Positions 1-8,341 of a stretch of 33,061 nt of DNA are shown here, in pieces. The stretch is taken from sequence record SRR2962707_4525, one strand, 5' to 3'. The number at the start of each line of letters is the position of its first letter. The stretch's first letter is position 1. A program made the translations under genes and the position numbers. A model generated the notes under the pieces. That model made no database searches. It had not been told where the DNA came from and saw only the letters and a list, made by a program, of their open reading frames with translations.

Positions 1-157
<157 letters not shown>

Positions 158-189
158 CACCATGCGACGATGATAAGGAATTTACAAAC

Positions 190-1059
190 GTGACACCGGA
201 CCTGTTCAACCTGATCTTTCTTGCGCTGGGCTTGGGATTTTTGGGATTTATCGAGCCCTGCACGATTGGCGCGCATATGCTGTTTCTCAACAGCCAGTGT
301 GACCGTTCACTGCGCATGCGGGTTGGGGCTCTGGCTGCATTCATGCTCGCACGCCTGCTGGTCATGGGCGGTTTCGGCGGAGTGATCGTCATGCTGGGAC
401 AACGCATGATTGGACTTCAGACCGGGGCATGGCTGATCTTCGGGGCACTCTATATGGTCATCGGAATTGTCTTCCTGTTCGGTGCAGGGGGACGGTTTCG
501 GCGGCGTATCCGCATTGCGCCAGTCGGATGGCGGATCACGAAAAACCCATGGGTTCAGGGCGTTGCGTTTGGCCTGAATATTCCCGCCTGCGCCGCGCCG
601 ATCCTTTTCGGCCTGATGGGGGCCGCAACCGCAACAGGCTCCGCCGCAAAGGGTTTCATTGTGATGGCGGTCTTTGCGCTGTCGTTGTCACTTCCATTGG
701 TACCGTTTTCGGTCGTGCCGCGACTTACTTCGCTTCTTGTCGGACTTGCAGACTGGATGCGTCCGCGCCGCTGGTTGACCGGCTTTGTTTTCGTCGCCCT
801 TGGCCTATGGTCAATCTGGTTCGGGCTATTTGTCAATCTGGCAGACTGGGCAGAGGAAGCCGACAAAAGGTCGTATTGTTCGCAAGCCGTTCAGCTTACA
901 TGTGAATTTTCTTGGTGTGATCCTTTACCTGATTCAACAAATGTCAGCTCCAAGGGCATAAAGGGAAGTTATGTGATCGTGAACAAAACCGAATCACATA
1001 CCGTCCGCAGGATCTGCCAACCGGATTTGTCGATTGTGCAATCCACGACACAGCGCTAG
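190..1059 (+). CDS. CcdA/DsbD-beta-like transmembrane thiol protein; C-terminal ~65 aa probably foreign read-through
   Basis: GTG at 190 preceded by AAGGAA. About 6 hydrophobic segments and two Cys motifs typical of CcdA/DsbD-beta (FIEPCTIG, NIPACAAPIL). After ...WFGLFVNLADWA (~nt 852) the sequence becomes hydrophilic and AT-richer. Confidence 0.7.
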   Translation: MTPDLFNLIFLALGLGFLGFIEPCTIGAHMLFLNSQCDRSLRMRVGALAAFMLARLLVMGGFGGVIVMLGQRMIGLQTGAWLIFGALYMVIGIVFLFGAGGRFRRRIRIAPVGWRITKNPWVQGVAFGLNIPACAAPILFGLMGAATATGSAAKGFIVMAVFALSLSLPLVPFSVVPRLTSLLVGLADWMRPRRWLTGFVFVALGLWSIWFGLFVNLADWAEEADKRSYCSQAVQLTCEFSWCDPLPDSTNVSSKGIKGSYVIVNKTESHTVRRICQPDLSIVQSTTQR

Positions 1060-1128
1060 AGAAATACCATATAAATACTTTTTTGATACTTATTAAGTAT
1101 CGTCTCAATTCTGGATTGTGCAATCCAG
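1032..1128. promoter_or_regulatory. Cluster of palindromes/direct repeats, putative operator or recombination site
   Basis: GATTGTGCAATCCA at 1032-1045 and 1114-1127; the second lies in CTGGATTG-tg-CAATCCAG (1111-1128). GATACTT-att-AAGTATC (1085-1101) lies between them in AT-rich DNA. Confidence 0.45.
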
Positions 1129-1536
1129 TTAGGGTAGGCAAACAGCGGCGCGTAACGGTCACGGGTTGAGGTTCACTCTATTCAGGTAGTCGCCGCCTAC
1201 TCTTGAGCTCTCGCCCAGGAGCAGATCCCGGCAACCTCCACGGAACCCGGCAAGCGGTTTCCGCCCTTTCGGGTAACGGCTCTCGCAATGCCGGCATAGA
1301 TCGATGCGCACCAGATCGCAGATCCACATAGCTCTATAATCCATGATCCGCATATGCGGCGCGGCTGCATTAGTGCTTTGCCCTCGGCCGTAAAGCAGAA
1401 TCAGGGTCCCCGTTCGCCCCCTGGACGGGCGCGAACATCCCATATTCAGCTTGACGGCATTCACCCTTTTTAGACGACGGGAAGAAGTTGAACCGGCCAG
1501 ATCGGCCAGCCAGTTGTCACTATGAGGATAAGAAAG

Positions 1537-2130
1537 ATGCATAGCGTAACAGATAGAGATATTCAGGCCGCCAAGCGTATTGCCCTTGAGTTTGATGCCG
1601 CCGTCAGGGCGAATGATGGAGATGCCGCCAATATGGCTGCGAGGGCTTTCCGTGCTCTCATTATGGAGGCCAATGGGGAGAAGGGCAGCTTTGGAAGTTT
1701 TACCGACGATGGGGCCGGAACGGTTATCACAGCAGCACTTGCGGCTGAAGCCGGAGAAGTTCCGCACTGGGGGCAGAACGGGTTGTTTGTTCTGAAAACC
1801 AACCATGGCCGAGCATTGGTCGATTTTACCTGCCCACTGGATATATGCAGCAGCTTTGGGTTTACAGCTATCGATCTTGGTCTGCCATTTATTTCCGAGA
1901 CAGGATATCGCTCTCATTTCTATATGGAATGGTCGCCACTGAGTATTGAGGAAGTTGCCGCCGACATTTTCTGCAACTACGCAGAGGCCAAGAAAATGGC
2001 AAACATCGATATCGAATATCGGCAAAGCCGGAGCAACTCACTGCCCGAATTCGTAAAGCCTTCCTGTACAGCGTTTCAGGGCATTCCAACGCTGACCGAT
2101 ACCAGAGGCCAAATCGGCTTTCAGTTTTGA
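1537..2130 (+). CDS. KlcB-like plasmid protein
   Basis: ATG 1537 with GAGGA upstream. Motifs NG..FG....G, VPHWGQNGLF and AIDLGLPFISETGYRSHF match my recollection of the IncP KlcB family. Confidence 0.7.
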   Translation: MHSVTDRDIQAAKRIALEFDAAVRANDGDAANMAARAFRALIMEANGEKGSFGSFTDDGAGTVITAALAAEAGEVPHWGQNGLFVLKTNHGRALVDFTCPLDICSSFGFTAIDLGLPFISETGYRSHFYMEWSPLSIEEVAADIFCNYAEAKKMANIDIEYRQSRSNSLPEFVKPSCTAFQGIPTLTDTRGQIGFQF

Positions 2131-2278
2131 TCGGTCGGGCCGAGCAGTGGGGGAGCCATGCTTTGAAACGACAAGATGAAAAATACTCAATGCGTGACTT
2201 CCCTGCATTTACACAGTCCGACGGTCAAATCGAGTTTGTTCTTTAAGTCTCAGAGCATATTTAAACCACAGGTGACAC

Positions 2279-2518
2279 ATGACAACTCTAAATGTTTGCA
2301 ATCTGCGTGAACTCATCATTGGGGGAATGTTGGAAGCTCGCAAAAAAATAAGTGCAGACTTGGAGCAGGCTACCAAAATCGAACAGCATTTCTATACTGA
2401 TGACGACCGCAACACCATGCGGGAACAGCTCGCGGAATATGACGCATTTCGTCATGAACCTGATCGCTGGTTTCGTTCGCTGGGGCGGACAATCCCGAAT
2501 AAGAAACAAGAGAGCTAA
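2279..2518 (+). CDS. Small hypothetical protein (79 aa)
   Basis: ATG with CAGGTG upstream; charged helical composition; fills the gap between the klcB-like gene and the recombinase without overlap. Confidence 0.55.
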   Translation: MTTLNVCNLRELIIGGMLEARKKISADLEQATKIEQHFYTDDDRNTMREQLAEYDAFRHEPDRWFRSLGRTIPNKKQES

Positions 2519-2562
2519 GTCTGTATCAGGAATGCATTGGATCGAACGCTCTAAGCCACGTG

Positions 2563-2592
2563 ATAGAACCGGCAGAATTCTGCCGTTTCTAT
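2563..2592. terminator. 30-bp near-perfect palindrome between convergent genes (bidirectional terminator or recombinase site)
   Basis: ATAGAACCGGCAGAA|TTCTGCCGTTTCTAT, one mismatch; overlaps the recombinase TAG; followed by TTCTTTT on the + strand. Confidence 0.5.
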
Positions 2593-4199
2593 TTCTTTTG
2601 TCCAAGCACACGCACCATAGCGGGAAAGTCATATTCGATCACGCATGTACGATAGCAATGATCACTCAGAGCATCCCATTTGGCATGTATGTAATAGAGC
2701 TTCATTGTATGTCGCAACTGGGTGACGGCTTCAGGGTCTCGCGTCCACACCAGCAACTTATCAATTAACCGAAGAAACCGTTCATGGATTTCCTTGATGT
2801 TCGTAGGACGCGAGATTTCCTTGAGTTTTCGCTTTTCCCTGTCAATTTCGAGGCGGATCAACCGAACCTCTTCTGCGTTATCCTCAAGCCAAGCATTTCC
2901 ATTCAACAAATCAAGGCTATTTAGTATGTGTTCTGCCCGATCACGTAGCCCCTTAAGTCTGACTTCAGCGGTCTGGATGCGTTTGTTGACGCGCTCACGC
3001 TTTTCGACCATTTCGTCACTGTCATAGAACTGCGCAATGTCAGAAGTTTTGAGGCGTTGTGCTTCGCGTAGGACGACATCGATCAACTGATCATAGGGAA
3101 CAGACCTATGCGGGCAATTGGGGTTACTACAGGAATAGTGATGTGCCCAGTGTGCTCCGATCTTTGTGCCGTGTTCTGCGCATCTGAGGCGGCCAGCAAA
3201 GACTGCTGTAACGCGCTCTCTTGTTTTAATCTGCCGCTCACGCCAACTACGATTGAGATTCTTGTGAAGCTGCTTGGTCTCTTCAGGTGACCGCAACTTG
3301 ACCATTTCCCGATACTCGTTCGCTTTGCTTGAGCGCTCATCAAGCATTGACTGTACTTCATCAAAAACCTGATCATCGACAATTTGAAGTTCCGGGATCG
3401 GAACACGCACCCATTCATCCTCAGGGCGAACCACAGGCACTTTACGCCCCGTCGATGGGTTCTTTCGGTAGTGAAGTTTGTTGAATGTAACAATACCCTT
3501 GTAAAGCGTGTTACGGAGCAGGCCCGTTTTGCGGGATCGCGTGCCGACAAGGGTTGTTGAGTTCCATTTACCGCCGTTTGGCGATGCTATACTTTCCGCA
3601 TCCAACTCTTCACAGATGTATTTAAGCTTGTTGCCCGATTGATAGAGTTCAAAAATTTTCCGAACGGTTGCCGCCTCAGATTCAATGATCTGGCGCTTGC
3701 CCCGTATCGGTTCCCCACGTTCATCAAATGTACGGACGAGTTCATATCCATATGTGTTGCCACCGGGAACGCCACCACGCAGGACGGCCGAGACAACACC
3801 GCGATGGGTTTTGTCTGACAAATCCTTGAGATACAGAGCATTCATTGTACCCTTCAGGCCAATGTGAAGTTCGTTGATAATGCCCTCAGAAATGGTTTCG
3901 ACTTCAATGCCAACGAAACCCATTTTTTTGAAGAAGTTTGCTACGTCCCCCTGGTCTCGACTGATACGCGACAGATCTTCGCAAACAATCCGGTCAAATC
4001 GGTTGTCGAACGCGCCCATAAGCAAACTTGATATGCCCGGTCTGCTATCCATGTGAGCACCAGACATAGCTTCGTCGTAATACACGTCAATCACATGGTA
4101 TTTCTGAGCAGAGCAATGCCCTTCACATCTCACTATTTGATCTTGCGTACTGGTTGTTTGGCGGTCTGTAGAATGACGTGCGTAGATCGCAACTCTCAC
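2589..4199 (-). CDS. Large serine recombinase (resolvase N-terminus, recombinase domain, degenerate Zn ribbon, coiled coil)
   Basis: MRVAIYARHST with catalytic Ser10; SGAHMDSRPG; DLSRISR; YGY; LRNTLYKG; IVDDQVFDEVQ; LRCAEHG...YSCSNPNC; coiled-coil tail. Confidence 0.93.
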   Translation of the reverse strand: MRVAIYARHSTDRQTTSTQDQIVRCEGHCSAQKYHVIDVYYDEAMSGAHMDSRPGISSLLMGAFDNRFDRIVCEDLSRISRDQGDVANFFKKMGFVGIEVETISEGIINELHIGLKGTMNALYLKDLSDKTHRGVVSAVLRGGVPGGNTYGYELVRTFDERGEPIRGKRQIIESEAATVRKIFELYQSGNKLKYICEELDAESIASPNGGKWNSTTLVGTRSRKTGLLRNTLYKGIVTFNKLHYRKNPSTGRKVPVVRPEDEWVRVPIPELQIVDDQVFDEVQSMLDERSSKANEYREMVKLRSPEETKQLHKNLNRSWRERQIKTRERVTAVFAGRLRCAEHGTKIGAHWAHHYSCSNPNCPHRSVPYDQLIDVVLREAQRLKTSDIAQFYDSDEMVEKRERVNKRIQTAEVRLKGLRDRAEHILNSLDLLNGNAWLEDNAEEVRLIRLEIDREKRKLKEISRPTNIKEIHERFLRLIDKLLVWTRDPEAVTQLRHTMKLYYIHAKWDALSDHCYRTCVIEYDFPAMVRVLGQKK

Positions 4200-4221
4200 G
4201 GCATACCCTGTCTGAAATTGG

Positions 4222-4485
4222 TCAATGGATTGAGCTGCCCGGGTCTTTCTTTATCACTCTATGACGCCACGCGTACATTCGGGCTGGGGGCAATTGCTGA
4301 TCGCCACTAGCCGTCGTCACAATGTGGGTACCCTTTTCATCTTCGTCGAACAAACGTGGCCCTTTGTCGGCATCTCTGTATCCAAGGAATTTACAAACAT
4401 CGGTTCCGACAACCCATAACGGACCATCGATTTCAACATCTCGAAACACTACGTTTTTGAAACTAAAGGTGATGATACCGCTCAT
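4222..4485 (-). pseudogene. Truncated BRO-N (antirepressor-like) gene
   Basis: ATG with GAGGG RBS. IITFSF..FRDVEIDGPLWVVGTDVCKFLGY..DEDEKGTHIVTTASGDQQL aligns with the BRO-N ORF at 4872. Similarity stops at ~nt 4290, before the INESGLY/FRKWVT motifs. Confidence 0.75.
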
Positions 4486-4637
4486 TTATCGGCCCTCATG
4501 AAAGCACAACTTGAGAGTGAATATAGAATTCGAACTATGTTGATAAGCCACAGCGGAATCGGATGTGCAAGCAATATGTGACCGGAGTGTGACTTGCCCA
4601 AAAATGGCCGTTGGACAAGGGGTTGGCGGGTTTCTGC

Positions 4638-4697
4638 GAGTTTGCAGGAGTTCGCAAGAGTGTGCAGGAGTTTGCAGAACTTCGCACAACTTTGACC
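4638..4697 (+). repeat. Six tandem imperfect 10-bp repeats next to nic
   Basis: GAGTTTGCAG GAGTTCGCAA GAGTGTGCAG GAGTTTGCAG AACTTCGCAC AACTTTGACC. Confidence 0.85.
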
Positions 4698-4708
4698 TGT
4701 CGTTTCTT

Positions 4709-4792
4709 GGGCAGGATAGGTTAGGTGATATCACCTAACGATCATTCCATGACCCTCCTGCCTTATTCGCATGGCAAGCCATGCTCAACGGG
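4709..4792 (-). other. oriT: RP4/IncP-type origin of transfer (oriT); predicted nic between 4712 and 4711 on the minus strand
   Basis: Minus strand CCTATCCTG^CCC matches the RP4 nic. Adjacent perfect 20-bp palindrome GTTAGGTGATATCACCTAAC (4720-4739). CCTTATTCGCA (4761-4771) and TGCTCAACGGG (4782-4792) occur in the same order as in RP4 oriT as I recall it. A MOBP relaxase is in the window. Confidence 0.85.
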
Positions 4793-4871
4793 TAAAAAGG
4801 AACTGACATAAAGCACCTTCCCACATATCATTAACTACAGGTGCAGTTTGAAATGATAGAGGTACAGAGCA

Positions 4872-5651
4872 ATGACTGAGATCATCCCGTTTAGCTTTGA
4901 AGGTGCTGAAATCCGCACGGTTTATAGGAATGATGATCCGTGGTTCGTCGCCATGGATATTTGTGAGGCGTTGGGAATTGCGAATTCGCGTGATGCGATG
5001 GATCGACTAGATGATGACGAAAAAGATGAGGTCGGTTTAAGCGACGCCATCGGTCGGAAGCAGGAAATGACCGTTATCAATGAAAGCGGCCTTTACATCC
5101 TGATCCTGCGTAGCCGCAATGCTGTGAAACCCGGCACCCTACAACATCGGTTCCGCAAATGGGTTACATCCGAGGTCCTGCCTACAATACGAAAAACCAG
5201 CCTGTACGATGCCGGGACCAGCGAGGCAGCGCCAGATTTGCAGGCAGGCACACGCAATCCTGGCTATAGGTTGTTTGAAGCCATCATTCGTCCCGATGGT
5301 AATTGGGGTAAGGTTTGGGCCGTTCCGGTCTATAGACTGGGTGACACTGACTATTGGAATGTGCCGCTGCTACTTGAGGCATATTGCGGGTCAAGAGATT
5401 TCCCAGCGCACCTTTCTCCGCACGACTACGCTTATAATCTGATGAGGGAACTTCCTGAACTTCAGGCTGCCAGTCCGCTTTGGGTTGCACATCATTTCAA
5501 TTTGAAAATCATTATTCAGGGGGCGAACGGGGGTTACGATAAACGAACTCGTGAGTTTCTTGAGCAAATTGAGAATGCACACTTGACCGAGAAACCACTG
5601 CGTTCGGGCACCGTTGTTCATCTTCGAGATGTAACTAAACAGCCAAGCTGA
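4872..5651 (+). CDS. BRO-N domain protein with unknown C-terminal domain
   Basis: AGAGG RBS. IIPFSFEGAEIRTV..DPWFVAMDICEALGIANSRDAMDRLDDDEK..INESGLYILILRS..FRKWVTSEVLPTIRKT is a complete BRO-N domain. Confidence 0.9.
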   Translation: MTEIIPFSFEGAEIRTVYRNDDPWFVAMDICEALGIANSRDAMDRLDDDEKDEVGLSDAIGRKQEMTVINESGLYILILRSRNAVKPGTLQHRFRKWVTSEVLPTIRKTSLYDAGTSEAAPDLQAGTRNPGYRLFEAIIRPDGNWGKVWAVPVYRLGDTDYWNVPLLLEAYCGSRDFPAHLSPHDYAYNLMRELPELQAASPLWVAHHFNLKIIIQGANGGYDKRTREFLEQIENAHLTEKPLRSGTVVHLRDVTKQPS

Positions 5652-5712
5652 CATTACCTTGACTAGATATGTGTGCATGTGTTCTTAATGACCCTTCATT
5701 ATGGAGGGGTGA

Positions 5713-6849
5713 ATGACTGAATATACTCTGGACAACAAATCGCAAAGAATACCGCTACAGCTTGACCAAGACGAGTTGGTCAAACTTGATGAGCTGGGGG
5801 CTCGGCTATCTACGACGAGAAACCAAACTATCCGTTTGTTGATACAAAGAGAGATTTCAGTTCCCCGGATTGCAATTCCAGAACCCCGTACTGGAGAGGT
5901 TTTTCGGGTAGCCCAAGGTGCATATGGTGAGACAACGGAAATCCGTATGAAGAACGGTCGTGTTTTGCACTTCTACGTTGCTCCCTATCGCAATCGTTGT
6001 TGTATTCTGCTACTCGACCCTGAAATGACAGAGTCAGTTGGCTATCCAAACTACGATGAACTTTACGGGGATTCCGATGTTCTGGATGCTATTCTGGACT
6101 TGCGAGAGACGAAATATGATTGGGATGATCCGAGGTATCGGAACATTTGCAAATCGCTAAACATTGACCCCGACGAGAAACGGCCACAGTTCGTCAAAGA
6201 ATTCGAGCGGATTGCACGAGGGTTATCGAACCGTCAGGCTCGGTTCAGTTACATTTCCCCACATTGGGAACTGCTGCTTGATCTGGTTGACCTACTGCGA
6301 TCTGACATTCAGCCGACCCTCCAAATGCTCAACAGGGCAAAAGAGAGGTTCGACACATTGTCGGCGAAGGAACGTCCAGATGTTTATAATCAGGCGTTCA
6401 TCGCTGCCGAAAGTCGGAAATTGCCTTCTGAGCATCGTTTAACGACAGATATTATATTCCTGCCGAGCTGGACTGATTGCTACTGGAATAAGCGTGTTGG
6501 CCTTTGGGAATGCAAAGAGTGTGATGATGATGGGTGGACATCGGGCCATAATCACGACTTGCATGGTGTTGCCGCATTGCCGTCAGGAAAGCTTAATGAT
6601 GTTCAGGCCGTGATAGTTCAGAAACTTAAAAAGCAGGGTGTCATTTTCCTGAATGCGGGCGAAGTTCAGGATTACCTAAACAACGAGGGGGCTTACTGGG
6701 CTTGGAAAAACCTGACAATTAGGAAAGTTTTCGAAGGGCATCATGGTGCACGAAAACCAACAACGTCTGAAAAGATGAAATGGCGAATGCGTAAACCTGA
6801 AACGCCATTATATGACCGATGGTTGGGGCGACAGGAAAGAGCAGCTTGA
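5713..6849 (+). CDS. Hypothetical protein with N-terminal ribbon-helix-helix-like segment and CxxC..HxH motif
   Basis: GGAGGGG RBS; 378-aa ORF. QRIPLQLDQDELVKLDELGARLSTTRNQTIRLLI fits the RHH pattern. WECKEC...GHNHDLH in the C-terminal third. Confidence 0.75.
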   Translation: MTEYTLDNKSQRIPLQLDQDELVKLDELGARLSTTRNQTIRLLIQREISVPRIAIPEPRTGEVFRVAQGAYGETTEIRMKNGRVLHFYVAPYRNRCCILLLDPEMTESVGYPNYDELYGDSDVLDAILDLRETKYDWDDPRYRNICKSLNIDPDEKRPQFVKEFERIARGLSNRQARFSYISPHWELLLDLVDLLRSDIQPTLQMLNRAKERFDTLSAKERPDVYNQAFIAAESRKLPSEHRLTTDIIFLPSWTDCYWNKRVGLWECKECDDDGWTSGHNHDLHGVAALPSGKLNDVQAVIVQKLKKQGVIFLNAGEVQDYLNNEGAYWAWKNLTIRKVFEGHHGARKPTTSEKMKWRMRKPETPLYDRWLGRQERAA

Positions 6850-6951
6850 TATAGCTAAACTCTTGACCCGGACAAACCACGGGATTGCTGTTCAAGGATG
6901 TTGATTCCGGTTATAATTTTATGATCCGATTTGAATGCAGGTGCCCTGATA

Positions 6952-7338
6952 ATGGCAACTAGAGAACAGCTCGACGATAGTTATCGTCCGTTGACGCAAT
7001 CAGAACTCCAATCGCTGAAGCACGATATGCAGAATTCACTGCATATGATGCAGCAACAGGCATTTCTGAAGTCAATGGCGAAACGCTATATCTGGTGGAA
7101 GTCCCCAGATGAAGCGATTGCCAACCCGGACAGGGTACTTGCACAGCTCATGAACATCGGCGATTTCGATGATGTTGTCGAAATGGTCAAGCTTTTCGGG
7201 AATGAAAGACTTGGCCATGTTGTCAGTAACGCTGTGGCCGGCTGGTTTAATGAACGCTCCTGGTCTTACTGGCATTATCGACTAGGGCTTGCCGACATTG
7301 ATCATGTTCCGGCAATACCTGTGCGACGGTTCGATTGA
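6952..7338 (+). CDS. Putative antitoxin partner of the AbiEii-like nucleotidyltransferase
   Basis: ATG 6952 with GCAGGT upstream and TATAAT at 6912-6917. KRYIWW..P......RVLAQLMNIGDFDD..SWSYWHYRL resembles the small proteins found upstream of AbiEii-type NTases. Its stop abuts the next start. Confidence 0.75.
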   Translation: MATREQLDDSYRPLTQSELQSLKHDMQNSLHMMQQQAFLKSMAKRYIWWKSPDEAIANPDRVLAQLMNIGDFDDVVEMVKLFGNERLGHVVSNAVAGWFNERSWSYWHYRLGLADIDHVPAIPVRRFD

Positions 7339-7340
7339 CG

Positions 7341-8330
7341 ATGGCATTCTTACCTCGCATGGACATTCTCCCAGATGCTCAACGCGATCTTTGGCCAGAT
7401 TTCAAGGATGTCACGCAGCAGGGCTGGGTGCTGTATGGTGGGACAGCCGTTGCCCTCAGGTTAGGCCACCGACAATCCGTGGATTTCGATTTTTTCTCTG
7501 ATAGGCCCCTTGATCGAGATGGATTGCAGTCCGCGTTCACGGCCCTGAATGACAGCAGAGTCATTCAGGAGGAGCAGAATGCGATAACACTTCTGGTTAA
7601 CCCCCCCGGCAACACTGAAGACACCGTTAAAGTCTCTTTCTTTGGAAATATATCGACTGGTCGGGTGGCAACACCAGACATGACGGATGATGGTGTGCTT
7701 CAGGTTGCCGCACTTGATGATCTGATGGCTATGAAGCTAAAGGTCATACTTCAACGGGCCGAGGCGAAGGACTATCGCGATATTGCAGCTATGGTCGATG
7801 CAGGCATACATGTGGATCAGGGGCTTTCTGCGGCACGCCAGATGTTCGGGGATACTTTCCAGCCGAGTGAAAGCCTCAAGGCGATGACCTTTTTCGGGGA
7901 CGGAGATCTCCACACGCTGACATCCAAGGAACGCGCTACTCTCGTCAATACAGCAAGTGCAGTTAGCCGGCTGCCCGACGTGGCGTTGAAATCGAGAAGC
8001 TTGATAGATGAGCGCAATATTCAGGTACAGATTCCGCATGCCCTGAAACCATATCAGGCAGCACGGGAAAAACTGGAGAACTCTGGTGCTTCCGAGCCGG
8101 AAACCGCAGTAGCGCGTCGTAAACTGGCAATTGCACAGAGCTACTTTGATAAAGGGCTACTGGATGTGCCTGGAGCACATTCCGAGAAGATCCGCGAACA
8201 GGCACTTCAGGAAGCACGACAGACAATTGCAGAACCATCATCCACTGATACATTGAAATCAAGAACGACAGCCGAAAAGCCCGAGAAGCAAACGATCAAG
8301 AAATCCCGGGGCACGGGGTTCGAAATGTAA
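7341..8330 (+). CDS. AbiEii/AbiGii-family nucleotidyltransferase toxin with C-terminal extension
   Basis: LYGGTAVALRLGHRQSVDFDFF (GG..DxD NTase motif) and MKLKVILQRAEAKDYRDI (K..R..KDxxD). ATG 7341, or TTG 7335. Confidence 0.9.
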   Translation: MAFLPRMDILPDAQRDLWPDFKDVTQQGWVLYGGTAVALRLGHRQSVDFDFFSDRPLDRDGLQSAFTALNDSRVIQEEQNAITLLVNPPGNTEDTVKVSFFGNISTGRVATPDMTDDGVLQVAALDDLMAMKLKVILQRAEAKDYRDIAAMVDAGIHVDQGLSAARQMFGDTFQPSESLKAMTFFGDGDLHTLTSKERATLVNTASAVSRLPDVALKSRSLIDERNIQVQIPHALKPYQAAREKLENSGASEPETAVARRKLAIAQSYFDKGLLDVPGAHSEKIREQALQEARQTIAEPSSTDTLKSRTTAEKPEKQTIKKSRGTGFEM

Positions 8331-8341
8331 TCCCGAAAGAC

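Noticed and set aside
1159-2025. 288-aa minus-strand ORF
   Set aside because: Mostly antisense to the KlcB-like gene; no motifs or RBS; Arg/Cys/Ser-rich shadow composition.
2288-2632. Minus-strand sequence past the recombinase as the missing 3' half of the BRO-N gene
   Set aside because: No INESGLY or FRKWVT-like motif in the minus-strand frames I read there.
4638-4697. Possible CRISPR array or replication iterons
   Set aside because: 10-bp units without spacers; no cas or rep gene in the window.
6849-6860. ATATAGCTAAAC as an IncP KorA operator
   Set aside because: Two mismatches break the GTTTAGCTAAAC palindrome; single copy; no korA in the window.
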